Below, piece by piece: positions 13,424 to 29,424 of a DNA stretch of 64,000 bases. Origin of the DNA: Chrysomallon squamiferum. Lineage: Eukaryota; Animalia; Mollusca. Under the pieces are notes generated by a model, which worked only from the letters and a program-made list of their open reading frames with translations, did not search any database and was not told where the DNA came from. Numbering within the stretch: the stretch's first letter is position 1; every line of letters starts with the position of its first letter. The translations under genes and the position numbers were made by a program. Location: assembly GCA_012295275.1 (NCBI GenBank), contig CM022666.1:1240001-1304000 (forward strand), given 5' to 3'.

Positions 13424-15633
13424 TTGTTTTAATTTTTATAATTTTTTTTTTTTTTAATTTAATTTAATTTAATTTTTTTTTTTAATTTTATTATATTATA
13501 ATTATTTTATATTATTTTGTTTTATTAGCTTACTTCTTATTTATTCATTTTATAGCTTCCCAGGCATAACAGCCTAAATATACAATATCCATTTTCAGTC
13601 TGAACATCTAATGAGCTTTATTAATGTAATAACAAAAAAAAATATTTAAAAAACCCAACAACATGTGAACAGCATTTGTTATGGTGAAAATATTAACCAC
13701 CAGGGTTCAGAAAGCTAAGCATGTTTCTCACAAACCTCTGTATCTGTTACTAATGTCTGCAGTATGTATCAAAACAGTGACACGTAAAAAAAAAAAAAAA
13801 AATCAATAATCAGTTAAGATCCATTACTATTTGCCTGCTGTCACTTAATCAAAAACCGTGACATGCAAACTCAAGTCTGATACACGTTATTAGAAAAAAA
13901 ATAATAATAAAAAAAAAAAAAAAAAAAAAAAAAATCCAAAATGAAATTATCAAAGATGAAGTGTACAATGTACTGAAACAGATATTAAACCCTGTGTTTA
14001 ATGATGAAGAAAGATCAGAAAGACTTGAAAGAAAACATTTTTCCGTTTTCAGGTTAATATTCCTATTTTCTTTCTTTTTCAGGAATATTCAAGGGTTTTT
14101 TTTTTTTTTTTTTTTGCAATCTGGCATGAAAAAAACGTTAATGAGAAATATGGTAATGGTTGAGAGATGCATAAAAATGCTTGGCTGAAACACAATAACT
14201 GTTTCCTTAAACCTACAAATACCTGCTTAAATGAAAGCAGCAAGAAAATATTGTATTCTGATCCATGCAGTATGCTCCCTTTTGAATTAAATTAAAAATC
14301 ATGCAACATAAATCACGAGAATTTAGGTTACATGTGTGCTGTTATAACTTGCTGTAACATTAAACAATGTAAATAAATTATAAAGAAAGGCAACAGCATG
14401 CAGACTTTATTTGCACATACATGTAAAAACATGCACAGGCAAACTCAGACAAACACTCTTATGATTAACTCATTAGCAATAATTAGGTCAGAGAAAATTT
14501 GGATAGATATAGATATAGATATAGATATATATATCCAAATTTTCCATAATTACCCTAATAAGATGAATTATTTCATTAGCTGTTCTGTATAAAATTATGA
14601 CACTATACGTCTAAATTACATGTCAGCAGTTCCCCAATTAACCTAATCGTATTATCTGTTCTGTGCATGAGATCACACAGATAAAAATCAGATGGATGAA
14701 GTTACACGTTGACTATACTCTCCAGGCAAAATTTTAATCCAATAATTAAAAGATCAAGAACCTAATTTTCTTTAAATCAACAAGAACAATTTAATTAATG
14801 TATTTTTTTTTTTTTTTTTTTTTATATATATATATACTAGTTTTCTTTTATCTTAATCACTTTTTCAAATTACTCTCTTGGTTACCATAAATAAAATTCT
14901 ATTTTCACTCAGCTGGTAATAAAAATCAGGAAGCAAAAAAATTTTTTTTTTTTTTTAATAAAATAAAAATTTAAATAAAAATTAAAAATTAAAATCCAGA
15001 AAAAAAAAAAAAAAAAAAACAACCCATATCTTGTAACTGACATCAAAGGGAAGGAATCAGCATTAAGTCCTCTTCAGCATTTGTTCAAGCCAAAGGCAGA
15101 TGGTTATCAAATAAGCAGCCAAATATCAGCAAAATCATAAAAGTCGAGGATAAAACATATTTCAGAGGAACTGCACTGTGTTGGCATTGTAGTGCCAATT
15201 AATATAATTTTCTGCTGTTGTTTAAAGATGGAAGACCTGCAGCCAACTATTGATTTTATGACAGTTACAAACATACTGAGAAAAAGTCCATTCCCTTTTT
15301 AGATTGAACGAGGAAGAAAATTAAAAGAAACTAAGATAGCTTTCAGACGCAGGATTTGTGTTTTGAAAATGAAATTTTTTTTTTTTTTTTTTTTTTTTAC
15401 CTGTCACTCAATTAAGAAAGTAAACAGTAAAGCAGACTCAAAAAAATAATTATTGTATGAGTATTAAAAAAAAAAAAATAATAATTCTTATTAAAAGAAT
15501 ATTTAAGGAAAAATAACCAGCACTTGATTTTAGAAAACATCTTGTACGTTTTTTCAAAAAATAACCACAATTAAGAAAAAAAAAAATAATAAAAAAAAAA
15601 AAAACAGAATTTCTTTAACAGAATTAAGAAAAC

Positions 15634-15672
<39 letters not shown>

Positions 15673-15708
15673 TATAATTAATTCTTGTAACAAATTAAAT
15701 ACAGAAAA

Positions 15709-15765
<57 letters not shown>

Positions 15766-16744
15766 TATAATTATTAAAAATAATAATAATAATAATTTAA
15801 TAGATAAATTTAGTAATGGAACCAAGAAACTAATTCATGTAGAAGAATTTAAAAAAACATTAGACTGTGATAAAAAATTAATCATCTCAGTTTTCACAGC
15901 AATTTTAAAACCTTTTAATGTCAGATCTAACATTCTGCAGTTGTCTAAGATAATACCTACAGACATGTCATCATATTTATTGATTTTGAAATCATTTTTG
16001 AAAAATGTTTATACAAGTAAATAACAAGGCAAAAAGAAAAAAAAGACACAGAACTGTTTCTAAATATAACAAAAAAAACAACAAGTTTTTAAATCTTATT
16101 ACATAAATCTGTCTCACATTCAGGTCTCATTAATTGTCTATAAAATTATATAACTTATTAGAGATTAACTTCTTAAGCTCAAACTAAGCTGACATTGATC
16201 CCCTATCATGTAAGCATTACGTAAATATGTATCATGTCACATGCATTTCAGAAACATCCTAATATTTCTTTCCTTTAGTCTGAATTAACTGAGTGTTACA
16301 AGAAAATACTTCTGTATTTACAAATATTATATCATAAATATGTTTACATGAATGCCTTCACTATTAGATGAAAAGCTTAATGATTTAATATTTGCCTGAA
16401 GCAAAAACAAAATATTTATATCACATCTTTTAACTTACACTGAAATGCATATGCAATTAGTTATGAAAATCAAACCTTGAAGAACAATTAAGTAACACTT
16501 GCACTAAAATTTATTCATACACTAATTTTACCAGTTAAAACCTACGGAAATGTAATAATACTTAAATGTTATTTACTAAATTACATTAATTTTAAGGAAA
16601 TTACGACAAAATAGGTCAAACTAAGAAAAGACAAATGGCATCTTTAAAACCTATATTAATGAAACTAATCAAATATAACATTATTTAAATGTTATCATTA
16701 AGGTACGTTAATTTTGTCCATCTTACAATAAAATATACCAAACT

Positions 16745-16747
<3 letters not shown>

Positions 16748-16798
<51 letters not shown>

Positions 16799-16863
16799 AC
16801 ACATACATATGGCATTCTTTTTAAAGCATGGTTATTTTATGAACGTTAATTATAACAGTTAAA

Positions 16864-16932
<69 letters not shown>
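16748..16932. repeat. (TG)n and (CT)n microsatellites (examples of many in the window)
   Basis: Directly visible. Others include (TAG)n ~13354-13423, (CA)n ~19655-19706, ~27888-27929 and ~49846-49928, (CT)n ~36498-36583, (TAT)n ~47030-47103. Confidence 0.95.
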
Positions 16933-16936
<4 letters not shown>

Positions 16937-17823
16937 GGTGTGGATTACAATATAATAAACTAGTGCTGCTGTAACAATAACCAGACCAGGCATTGTCACT
17001 CCTTCATTAAAACACGAATCTTCAGTTGTCTCACATGCATGTTGGTTATTCTGAGTGGCAAGTCTGCTCAACAGCTTTCAGATGTACAAACGTAGTTAGC
17101 TTTATTGGAAATCGGATGAGATAGTTTTGACATTGGCAGCATTTTCACAGCACTGCTAATTACATGGGTCACAGCCCGTGCATGATTAAAGAAACACATG
17201 AGGCTGGATGAATGGACATTACAGGATTCCAGATTCAAAGTCTTCGCATTAATGGGTTCATGATGTGGTCAAAGCGGGTGATATATGTGTGTGTAAATCT
17301 CTGATAAAATTATCATTTCAGAAGTCAGAGTTATGTTAACTGTTTTCTGTTTATTGTTTCAGATGGTAGTAAGTGGAAGACACACAGACAGACACTCACA
17401 CTCACACTCACACCACACACACATTCACACACACTCATACACATGTGACTTTTAAAATTATCATTTACAAAATGAAAGCTAAGTTATCAACAGTTTTCAG
17501 TTTCATGATGAAAACATGTTTTTGTCTTATTTTATATGGTATAAAATTCATGACATAGGATTGATATATAAATATGTATATATATATATCTTATAAAATT
17601 AACATGTCAGTTATATTATCAATTTTCAGTTCAGTGATGAAATCTGTCTTGTTGTTTTAAGGACAAACTATAATATTTATTCTAAAAATAAGTTAACTTG
17701 ATTTACATCAGAATTAAATTAAACTTAAAAGATTTAATAAATATATATTTTGTAAAGTATAGAACTTAAAAAGCAAAGATCATTAACGTCTGGGTGTTTT
17801 TAAAATAAGAAAGACCCTCTTAC

Positions 17824-17854
17824 CTTTCCATTTGGACTGCTTTTCTTAAAAACT
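17824..17854 (-). CDS. ARRB1: Beta-arrestin coding exon 2 (31-bp micro-exon)
   Basis: tttcag|A GTT TTT AAG AAA AGC AGT CCA AAT GGA AAG|gtaag = (R)VFKKSSPNGK, conserved arrestin phosphate-binding strand. Confidence 0.95.
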
Positions 17855-18961
17855 CTGAAAAGAGAAAAAGAAGGTAATTTATAATTTATACTGATTACAT
17901 TATTTAAAAATGATTCATAACACGTTCTTCAGACTCTGCATTTGTTTCTATTTTAATGATACATATATACTTAAGGTGACATCAGACTACTTGTATCTAC
18001 ACATAGAATGAATATCAGAGGAAATATATTATTCAGTTCTGTACATTCCTTCTTTTGCAATATTCTGAACCATAAAATGACTTGTAAATTTTAATGGTTC
18101 TTTTCTGCTGTGTGAACTTAAGACACCAATCAGAATAAAATTTTGTTTTAAATTCTTCTGTTGACTGTTTTCTAAACCTCAAACCTTCAACAAGCTATCA
18201 ATACACAGGCAAGAGTACGAACTGTAGAATCCTCAGATTAGAAAATTATTACCTGGCTTTATTTCTATGACAACGGCAATAAATTTCTCCTCAGCAATTA
18301 ATTCTGTGCAAAACAAAATCTAATTCCTTAGCTTAGAGTTGATGAACAATAAATCTGTTGTAGCTAAATATAAAGTCTCTTAGCATAATGAAAACAAATG
18401 AATGATGAACATTTCTGAATGTGCAATAAAAGAATGAACTAAAAGAAGAAAGCTCAATTTTTTTTTTTTTTCCTAATTTATTGATTGATTGATTGGTATA
18501 TTGATTTAATTTTGTAGTTTATTTAACTGCCCATAGAGTATAAAAAGAATTTTGTTAGTTTATATTTTTGGTATTATTTCCTGATTATCATATATGGTTA
18601 AAAAAAAATACACATGCAGTTATTTAGGAATTTTCATGTATGTTTCATGCAATTATATAAATTCAGTTATTTTGTAATTTTCATATACTATGTACACTGG
18701 TTTTAAACACACGTACACTGTTTTAAACACACACACACACACACACACTCTCACACACTGAAATACATCCATACATACACACACAAACACACATACAAAT
18801 AGTAACACAAATTCTATGCAGTTTGATAGTTTTTACATAATTCAAAGACTGCATATATAATATTATTCAAAAACATATTTATTCACACATTCATGCACAT
18901 ATGAAGACATACACTCTGCCTGTGTCTGTCTGTCTCTTTCTCTCTTTCTCTGTAAACTCAG

Positions 18962-18992
<31 letters not shown>

Positions 18993-19651
18993 TTCTGACT
19001 CTGCATTTGTTTCTATATACAAATATAAATACTGTTAATCAGTTTAATGCCATACAATACTGAAAACAGTCTCATCATCAATTTACTCCATAAGTAACTA
19101 ATGGCTAAATGACAAAGCACACAAACTGCAACAACAGTTAGATTATTTGGGTACACATGTACATTAGTGGTATTTTAGTATCATATTGCAGGAAGGGGAA
19201 TAATGTCTCTGGTACTTAGTCCACGTGCTCTTGGAGATGGAATCCAGAAAGTTCCACACACTCACATACTTTCCAGCTCTTCCAGTTGATGAGCTGTTTT
19301 CATGCAACTGGCCAATAAAAGTACATGACTGCGACTACAACACTGTTATAAAAATACTGGTCCATACTTCATAGAAGGCTTTGGAAGTCTATTAATATTT
19401 ACAATGTTTTGAAAGATATCTGTAATAAATCACCAACAAGTGTAAAAATCTGACAAATCAGTTTCCCCATTTCCATAATTCAAATGCTTAAAATGTAATT
19501 CAAGAAACTTGAATAAATTAACTTAAACATGATGTATAATATATAATAATATGTTATGATATTAAAACAGTAGCAACTTCTGGGTTTTATTTGTAGTTAC
19601 CAAATTGTTATGAAATATATAAATACATGAATTCACAAATGCACATGCACG

Positions 19652-19708
<57 letters not shown>

Positions 19709-20495
19709 TGTGTGTGACACTCCTACATATGTACATCTCAAATTACTGTTACATATGTATATTGTGCAAATTGTGTATTGTGTCTCTTCAGGATGAAAAC
19801 AAACCAGCTTAAATTTGCTTACCATATCATTACTGCAGAACTGAGATACATAAATATTTATGACCAGTTTCATTTATCAATTTATCAAATATACAACAAT
19901 CTTTCTGAGCAGTTCGGATTTCATTATTTTCATATCATGTTTTGTTGGTCTAACACATAAACACAGATTGCTGAACAATAATGTACAAAACTTCTGTCCC
20001 CAACAACAACAGTGAACAGTCCATGCTCATGATTTAGCACTCATTCACAATGAAAGTCTTTCCAACTGTATCTCACACAATGTCTGCCGTAGTTGTAATT
20101 TCATGGCGGTTTTAGCTGGAATAAATCACAACCAATCTGATATTGGAAAACAAGCTTCACCATTGTGAATGGTAAATGTTCTTTAGTACTGTTATCAGCA
20201 AATTACTCTAGCAGATTTCTCAGATACCTGTCTACAATTTTTTCTAACATTCAGATGTTGACTGATTGGTGGGATTTGTTGATTTAAGTGTTACTGAACT
20301 TTTCTGTATTAATGCCACAGATGCTGGTGCACTAAGAATCAAAGATACTTCAGATTTAAGATATAAGGGTTGTTTTTTTTGGGGGAGGGGTTATGGTTTC
20401 AGCCAAATAATTTGAACTACTACATTTATTATAGATGTCATCAAAATGGTCATTAGCTGGATTTGGATATGAAAATATATTTTAAATACAAAATG

Positions 20496-20530
<35 letters not shown>

Positions 20531-21231
20531 TTTCAACCAAAATAATCAAAACTATTATATTATTATCATATAATATTATGTCAGTTGTTTAGTTATTAAA
20601 AGGATTGAGAAATGAAATTAGGTTTCACTCAAACTGATTATGATTTAAAAGAACAATTTAATTCAAAACTCACTAATGGTATGAAGAGTTATAATAAATC
20701 AACTGTTAAGAAGTTTGGAGTTATATTTATGATGGCTTTTTTTTTCAAATTTTATCAATATTACTAACTTCAGTAGAATAATGCTTGTTATAATATATAA
20801 CTTAGAAATGAGACTGCAGATACAAGGTAAACCTTTAGGCTGGTTTTGAGCAAAATTAATTTAAATTCCTAGTCAGATCTATTAAATCAGTGATAAATAC
20901 ATACATACATATGTATATATATATATAAAAGAATCTTTGCTGATAAATGCATCTGATGAAAAAACATCTGTTTATACTCAAAACAGCTGTATGTCTATAC
21001 TCCTTTTCAAATAAATTTCAGAAACATATCTCTGATTTCAGTATTCTGTGCTTCTTAGCTTTCAAGGACAGTGTACATTTGCTTTAACAACATACAATTT
21101 GCTAAGGGCTACTACTGTGTATTAAAATATACTGAAAACAAAAAAATTATTTTTTAACAGCAGGGTGTCAAATAATGTACAGAAATTAAATTTATTTCTG
21201 TTTCTTTGATGGTCATTTCTATTATCTTGTC

Positions 21232-21263
<32 letters not shown>

Positions 21264-24200
21264 AAAATAACAATAATTAGAAAATTAGTCCTGGGAATGA
21301 AACCAATTTTATGTTTGTGAAAATTAACAAGCGTTGCTAAGGTCTCATTCCCTTGTCAGTTCTAGCCATTATCGAAAATTTAATTTTCTTAATTGTGAAC
21401 GACAAAATCTGGCTGTTATCCCCTGTCTGAAACTCAGCATCATTCACTTATTAGGAAGACACTCAACAAAACCTGTAATTGAAACAAACAAAACCGAATA
21501 TATGAATATAAAAGTGAAGTTTAAAGCAAATTGAAGGTAGCTGTATAATCTTTTGGGATTGTAAAACTTGCATATATCCCTAATATTTATGTTATAAAAA
21601 AAAAAACGGAAGAAATATTTTACATATGTGATAATACACTTCATCACCTTTTAAATTACATACCATCACATTTATGTGATAAAAAAAATTATACAAAGTA
21701 ATGAAAGAAAAAAAAACACCTGATGTTAACATGCATCTGGTTATTCCTTTTCAAGAAGCAGCAATGAATTTCTAATGTATATTTTCTGACAGACATAAAA
21801 AAAAAAAAAAACCCACACCACAGTCTTTGATAAACCTGTTGTAAATATTGGTTAGAATGGAGAAATAACAGATTTAACAAGGGCTGATTATTTTTAGAAT
21901 GGTGCTGACTAAACTGAGAGGAGTAGCAGGTTACTGGAATCAACAAGACATTATTAACTTAATGAAGCCAATCATCTATCACTGCACAGCTTACAGCTAT
22001 AATCAACCAAATCAGCTGTTTGCTAGTCAGTTATGAGATACAACATCACACGAAGTTGATAGTCACCAGCAGTAAGAAGCTCTGCACAAACAAGATGTTA
22101 ACAAGATAATTTGTCCATGCTGATGATATAACATTCAATTACTTGATGATTTTTTAAACATTAAATCCATTTTTTTTCCCCTCTTTTTTTTTTTTTTTTT
22201 TTTTTTTCATTTTTTTTTTTCCATTTATTATTTTCTTTTAAGATCTAAAGAGTTTGTTAAAAATGCTTTGTAAAATCACTAGCTCTACTTAAAAGGAAAA
22301 TTGATTATAATTTAAAAGAAACATCCAATTTAAAATCAATTAGCAATGAAAAAGCATTCCAATAATTATTCCTTAAACAGCTAAGAATTATTTATAGTCT
22401 TTGAGATTTTTTCACCCCAAATTTATTTTACTTAATTAAAAATGATTTTTTTTTTTTAATGATTAGTTCTTGTTTAAATTGATTTAACTTTTACTCAGTA
22501 AAAAATGAAACACAAAACAAAAACACAATTCAATTTGACAACAGTAAATCATGCCATAACATCTTTAACCATATGTGAACAATGTTTTCCAATTAATTCT
22601 GTTCCATACAACATGGTATGGAAATTTCCTTCCTGTTTAGCATTTTATCAATTCACTTTAGTAATTACTCAATGTTAAGTTCTCCTTAAACTAATCTATC
22701 AAACGTTTAACTCTAAAATCCTGGTAAGTTGATTGTACGTGTTTATATGCTAAAAAAAAACTTAATCAAAGATCTCTTTGATTATATCAGCTGAACTTTC
22801 AAACTTAATTAAAATTGATACCAATAATACTCAGTTGAAATTAAAAGTTTTAACTAAAATGTGTACTCATTTTATTCAGTTCAAATTTAAACAATTAACA
22901 AAAAAATATATATCAATGGTGTCCACTTGAACCTTAAACAGTTTTAATCAAAATTTATTCTGATTTATTCCACATAGTTGATAAACATTTGTAACCAAAA
23001 TTAAAACAACAAAAATAAAAAGCAATGTAAAACTGATTAAACAGCAGGTAAATATTACAGTTTGCTTTTTTTTTTTTTAATACATAATGCAGTTTTCTTT
23101 TGTTTGCAAGAAACAAATGCCATGAAAAAACATCATATCTGTAAATTTGTTCAAGCTGTTGTTAATAAATTATACTGCATTAGTCTTCACTGAACTTTAC
23201 AAAAGTTCACAATGGTTTATTTTTGATTTTATGTAACTGCACTAAAACATTATTTATTTTTTTTTTTTTTAAACTTTTTTTTTAAAGAAAAATGTGCTAT
23301 GAATCTGTTAACCAAACAACACACTACAAAGGTAACTGATGTATAAACAGATCCATGCTGTACAAGAAGCCTGGAGTTGCATTATCTATTAAAAGAAATC
23401 ACTTTACCACCACCAACCACAGAAAGCTATTCTGTTACTAGATTTTTAAAAAAAAAAGAAAAAGAAAGAAAAAGGACGATATTCTGCAAAATCTACACAT
23501 GGAACAGAATTCCAATGAAATGATTTAGACCTTTATCACAGTAATATTTATTCTGAAGCCAAAGAGTTGCTGAAAATGTCAATAATAGCACCACTTAATT
23601 AAGTTACTGTTGCCATGGCTAGTATAGTAAATATGGCCTAACTTGATTTGGGGGAAATGTAATTTTATTGGTTATTTTTTCTCATGTCTTGAAGGAAATG
23701 TTGTTGATCACAATTTGCCAAGTGCTAACTGCATATTCCAAGCAGCTTAATCATAGATAACAGCTGGGCATAACTGATAAACTTTGCCCATTTTTATAGT
23801 TTAAAGAATCATTTATAATATTAACACCATCAACAAGAGACATCAGTTGACATTAACCATATATACTGCAAATATTTATAAGATACATTCATTGAAAAGT
23901 ATTGTCTACAAAGATATTTTTACGACAACTCTTATATAATCATTATAAAAACAACTCTGGTATTTTGATACCTAATAGATTTTTAATAATATATAAATTT
24001 TGCTATCTAACACACATTTAACCAAATCTAAATTTTGATGTGTAACACATTTTTGATAAAACATGATACAACACTTTTAAATCTATACTACTATTTGTTC
24101 ATTCATTTACTGTTCAATTTCTATCTGACAGCAGTGCTATTCGGTGCAAATGCTCTATGTTAAGTCATTCATACTGTGATGCATTCATGCATATTTATCA

Positions 24201-27200
24201 CTCTGTATGAAAGACAGTGAACTCTGCATGTTACTGGACAACTGCAGCAGCAGGGAAAAGTGTAAGTGAATAAGGATGCATGACCAGAACATAATGCCAC
24301 AATTGTTAAAAATAAACAGGATTATATTACTGACATTATGCTATATGTGCTATTTTTATCTGTTGTAAAAGTGAGTAGACACACCCATTAATATTTACAG
24401 CATCAAAAAAAAAAAAAAAAGATAGAAAGACATTAAAAAAAAAAAAAAAAAAAAAAAATTGATTTCCTACCTGAATCTTGTTGTGTATAAATTAAAATGA
24501 CAAAGTAATGAATGAAATTCATTTTTAATGAATGATACCAAATGTAAAAGAAAATAAGATGCATGCATGTCTTTGTGTGTGTTGTATTTGTCAGTGTATG
24601 TGTAGCAACAGCTTGTTCCACATCAAAAGAAATTAAAATTTTAAAACTCTCTCAATTCCTTAAAAGGTAATCAGCTGAACTGATAAAACCTAATGGTTTT
24701 AAGCTTTTGTTATTATGAAATGTACAGTGGCATGAAAAACTGCATAAAACTAATTTAGCATAAAATAATCTCAAATCAGACATGCAGTAATCTCATAAAT
24801 GACACATTATAACTTAATGTCAATCAATTTGAATGTTAAAATATTCTATTAAAGCAATGAGAAATGATTATAATAAATGCAGAAAACATCTGGAACATAA
24901 TTTTTATTAAAATGCATATAAGCATAAAACTGAAATATTGTTATTTGAAAAATACTTATACTTCTTATGTTTAATATATGAAACTGATGATCTTCTTTTC
25001 AATATTCTGGAATTTGTAAAAGCCTAATAATCATAAAAAGGACAAATGACCATCTAATCTATATTACTTCAGGTATACTCTTTAACACTAATCCTTTGTA
25101 ATATTGGCCACAGAAGTAGTCACAGTTTAGTCTTAAAATCTATGTCTATAGTAACTGTTTTAGCTGTCACAGTTTACTGTGTTTATCAAAATCTCTGGTG
25201 TATCGTGTCATATTTTCACTGGTCCTATGTAATTCCTAGCTGCTGAATGTTATCAACACTGTTGAAATAACTGACTGACTCAGAAACACAAATGTCTTTT
25301 AAATGGTACTTCCAGCTTAAGTAAGACAAAGATGGCAAATTAAGTTCAGTAATTTAAAATGGCTTCCGTGAATCAGTGCCCTTTACCATTATCTACCACT
25401 TCAAACCGGTTAGTCTCCTAATGTCCATGAATAATTAAACAGAAGCTTTAAATAAATACTTAATGAAAGTCTGTAGGATGAGTTACTATTCTGTGTGTAA
25501 AACGGATAAAACTGCAGGGCTCTAAACAGAACCAGTGAAAGTGATAAAAGAATGAGTAAAGGGAAGCTTTTACCTATTTACATTACGTAAATTGAAAACA
25601 CCGGAATGAAATGTTTGTTAATAGTTCAAATACCGGTCATTCTAAATAGCTAGTATCAGATATCTAACACTATAATGTTATAATACTAAAAAAAAATTCT
25701 CTATATCGTGAACGTGCTTTTGATTTTATAGTTTCATTGTGATTCCAAATACATCAGATTTCTTGTGCTAATGAGAAAAACCTCAAAAGCAGACAGAGAA
25801 CGATGACCAAACATGTAAGCTGAGGACGAATTAAATCCATAACCGTTTAACAGGCCAGTCACCTTACATGACAAAGTTGGTGCAGAAAGGAAAGAAGAGC
25901 CACAAACAGCTCTCCACATGCAAGTCTTCAAATGTACAACTTTGTTTGCTTCAAGTGGCAGACCAGCCACAGATCAATACCATGTTGAGACTGATGTGAT
26001 GGCCGTGTCACCATCGCAGCTCAATTTATCGCACCAAGCTGTATAATTGACTCTGCACACTGCTTCAGCAAATTAAAGTAAATGCAGGCCTTAATGGCAC
26101 CCTATCACACGACAAAATACATCACAGGACACACACTACAAAACATGAAAAACAACTGTCCACGTGGCAATTTGGTACTGGAATGGCAACTGATGCATAA
26201 CGGCAGTTCCATTAAATCTCAGGAAACACGAAACACTGGCAAATGTTTTCTTTTTCATCAGAATGGTGAAAACAGTTTTAGTATTATGTTTCATCCATCC
26301 AATTAATTGTAATGTAATAATACTGTTGTTGGAATATTTTTTAATAGAAAAAAGTTCAATACGGGTATTTGGAATCGGTATTGGTGGAATCAATGAAGCT
26401 CAAGGAATTTAAAAAAAATATATAAAAATTCGTTTTGAAAATATTCTAATGCTACCAATCAATCAATCAATCAATCAATCAATAATAATAATAATAATAA
26501 TAATAAAAACAACAAAATGTATTTGGTGAATTCATATCCCTTTTAACAGACCAGAATATTAGTTTACAGAAATGAATATACTGAACCAAAACAAATAACA
26601 ATTATGAAATATTGAAAACAGCCCTGTCAAAACAGTGTGAAAAAATAATCTATGTCATTTTAATTTTTGTGTTCGGCATATTTATCCTAACATTTCAGCA
26701 TACAACTTAAGCAAATCTCTGAAATGGATTATTATGTTATATACTATAGACAGCTGCTGTTCTAAGTGTATACTTAGTGTTAAGTGTTTGTACACAACAT
26801 CACATATTCTGAAATATTACACATGAAAGAGCTTTTTCACCAGACGATGGTTTGCATTATTAATAAAACAATAAAATTAGGCAGAAAGAGTATTTTTAAT
26901 TTGCAGTCTATCTTTAACTTCTCACACACACACACACATTTACCACAATGACAGAACCAACCATAAAAAATCAGGCAAATATATATCAGTTCCAAAAAAT
27001 GCAAATAAATAAATAAATAAATAAATGAATAAATAAATATCTGTACAGATAAAAATGTAGACACACACATACAATGACACATATACGAATGCACACAACA
27101 CAAAATGACACAAGTATTATGAAAGGATTATAGTCCAAAGTTACAAGTAGCTAAGATATGTTTAAAAGGTGACATGTTTTGATTAACATGTCATTATGTA

Positions 27201-27881
27201 CAGCATTATTAAATGATTCCAAAAAACATGTTTAGCAGAACCTTATTTAAAGGAAAAATAATAAGTTGAAACCATTTGCATCCAGCTACTCTGTTCTTTT
27301 TCTTTTGTCTTTTGCTGTTGTTTGTTTTTATGGTGGTTTTTTTTTTTTCTTCATCTGTAAAAGCAATGAATAAGCTTTATTTTTCTCCAAGAAACTATTG
27401 TTTTCAGTTCACAGATAAAAAGAAGTGTTTTATTTATCAATACTTTCAACCAAAGTACAAACCATTCTGTGAAAATTGCAAATAAATAAGGAGGAAGAAA
27501 ACAAAAACATATTTATAATCATTTTCAAAATGGCTCCAAAGCTGGTTTCAGAGACATTACATTACTGCACACATATAACACATATATTCATTCAAGCTTC
27601 TGTTTCTAAAATGACAAGCTATATGACCTCATCAGTGTGTAACAACAAGTATAAACTGAGATCTCACAAAAGGCATCTGTTTTTAGCTAAGCTGACATAA
27701 AAGATAAGCACTGCAACATGAATAAAATATCGGACAAACTGCTGTGTGTAAATTCTTTGCTGTTTTGTTCAACTGATAATGTATCTATTGTATTAGGTTT
27801 CTGGTGTTGTGTATCTGTATAGTTTCAGCTCCTGGTTACTACTACCCATGATCTGAGGTATAAACCACCATTCATGCTTTT

Positions 27882-27929
<48 letters not shown>

Positions 27930-29377
27930 CTAATATATTTATGTACCATATTTTTAAAATATATAAACTAATGACTTTTTAAATTAGTCTGCAAGAAGGA
28001 AACATTTTTAAGGACATAATATTCCAGACAAAATTTTTTATTAAACTATTTTTGTTCACTTTTAAAATCAAATTTATTTACAGTAACTGTTGAATTACTA
28101 AAATGATATACCTATGCACCATCCTTTCAAAAAAAAGAAATAAATAAAAATACATTTTTTTTTTTTTTTTTTTTAATGAAGAAAGAAAAATATATATTTA
28201 TTATTTAACATACTCATTGATATAATTTTTTAAAATTCTTAACAGCTGTCAGTCTGTTAATATATATGTGACTGAAAGCTAAATTATTTTCTCTATATCA
28301 AAAAACGTATATTAATTGTGCATATATTAACAAATAGCAGGAGATTCAGGAGGAATCAATGAATCCGAGATACCAGGAATTAATATAATTTGTGATCAAT
28401 CACTTTGCAAACAGATCTAATTTCATACTATATCCTGTGTCCTGCTGGGATCTAAAACCATTCCATCAAGTAATTATTTAGAGCTGTCACAACCAGCACC
28501 TCTTTACAATAAAAGAAAAAAAGAGCTGAACTTGAGAACATTTAAAAAAAAAATACATGTTAAAGTCAGATAGGTCTTTTATGAAACATCCAACGAAACA
28601 ATGAAAGATAAAAAAAAAAAGAAATGTGTATGTTACTGCTTGATTATTTATTTATTTATTTATTTATTTACTTATTTACTTATTTATTTATTTTTTTATT
28701 GCAAGGATAATTGGTATAATTTTCTGCTTATTTTAGTAGAAATATTTTATCTCTCATTTAAAAACTGTTGCCATAACAACAAGTGTTGGATCAATAAAGA
28801 CTGGAGGCAAAAAATGGATTTCAAGCCTTTGTAGATGAAATGAATGGTTTCTCAGACATTTTTCAATCAGTCACTTATATTAGCTTGTAGCATTTTTGCC
28901 CTGTTTTACACAAACAAAGCTACACTAATAAAACCAAGTGATAAAAACCAAATAATCAGACACGAATGCTATGCCGCACCTGCAATTATGTAAAGAGTTA
29001 AAAAAAACTGCAAAAACTAAAATTCTTCACTTGTGAAGAAAATCAGTTTCGTCAAACATGCCATTAAAATTGTGCATTAAAAAGCTATTTATTTATGTCG
29101 TTATTTACATAGGCAGATACAGAAATGGAGTGATACAGAATGAGAAATGGATGTTAATGATAACACTCAGGTTTCATATCTTCACATGTGATCAATGGAT
29201 AAGTAAAACTCACAGAGACACCATTGCTAAAATAGCAAACAAATGTCAAAAAAGATCTTATCAGAACAACCAGAGGCTCTGGTGTATATATGACAGATAA
29301 CTCGTTGACGCTACAGAAATTGATTTACCATCTTCGTTAGAGTATTTCTTTTACAACAGTATCATGTTGATGTTAAA

Positions 29378-29424
<47 letters not shown>
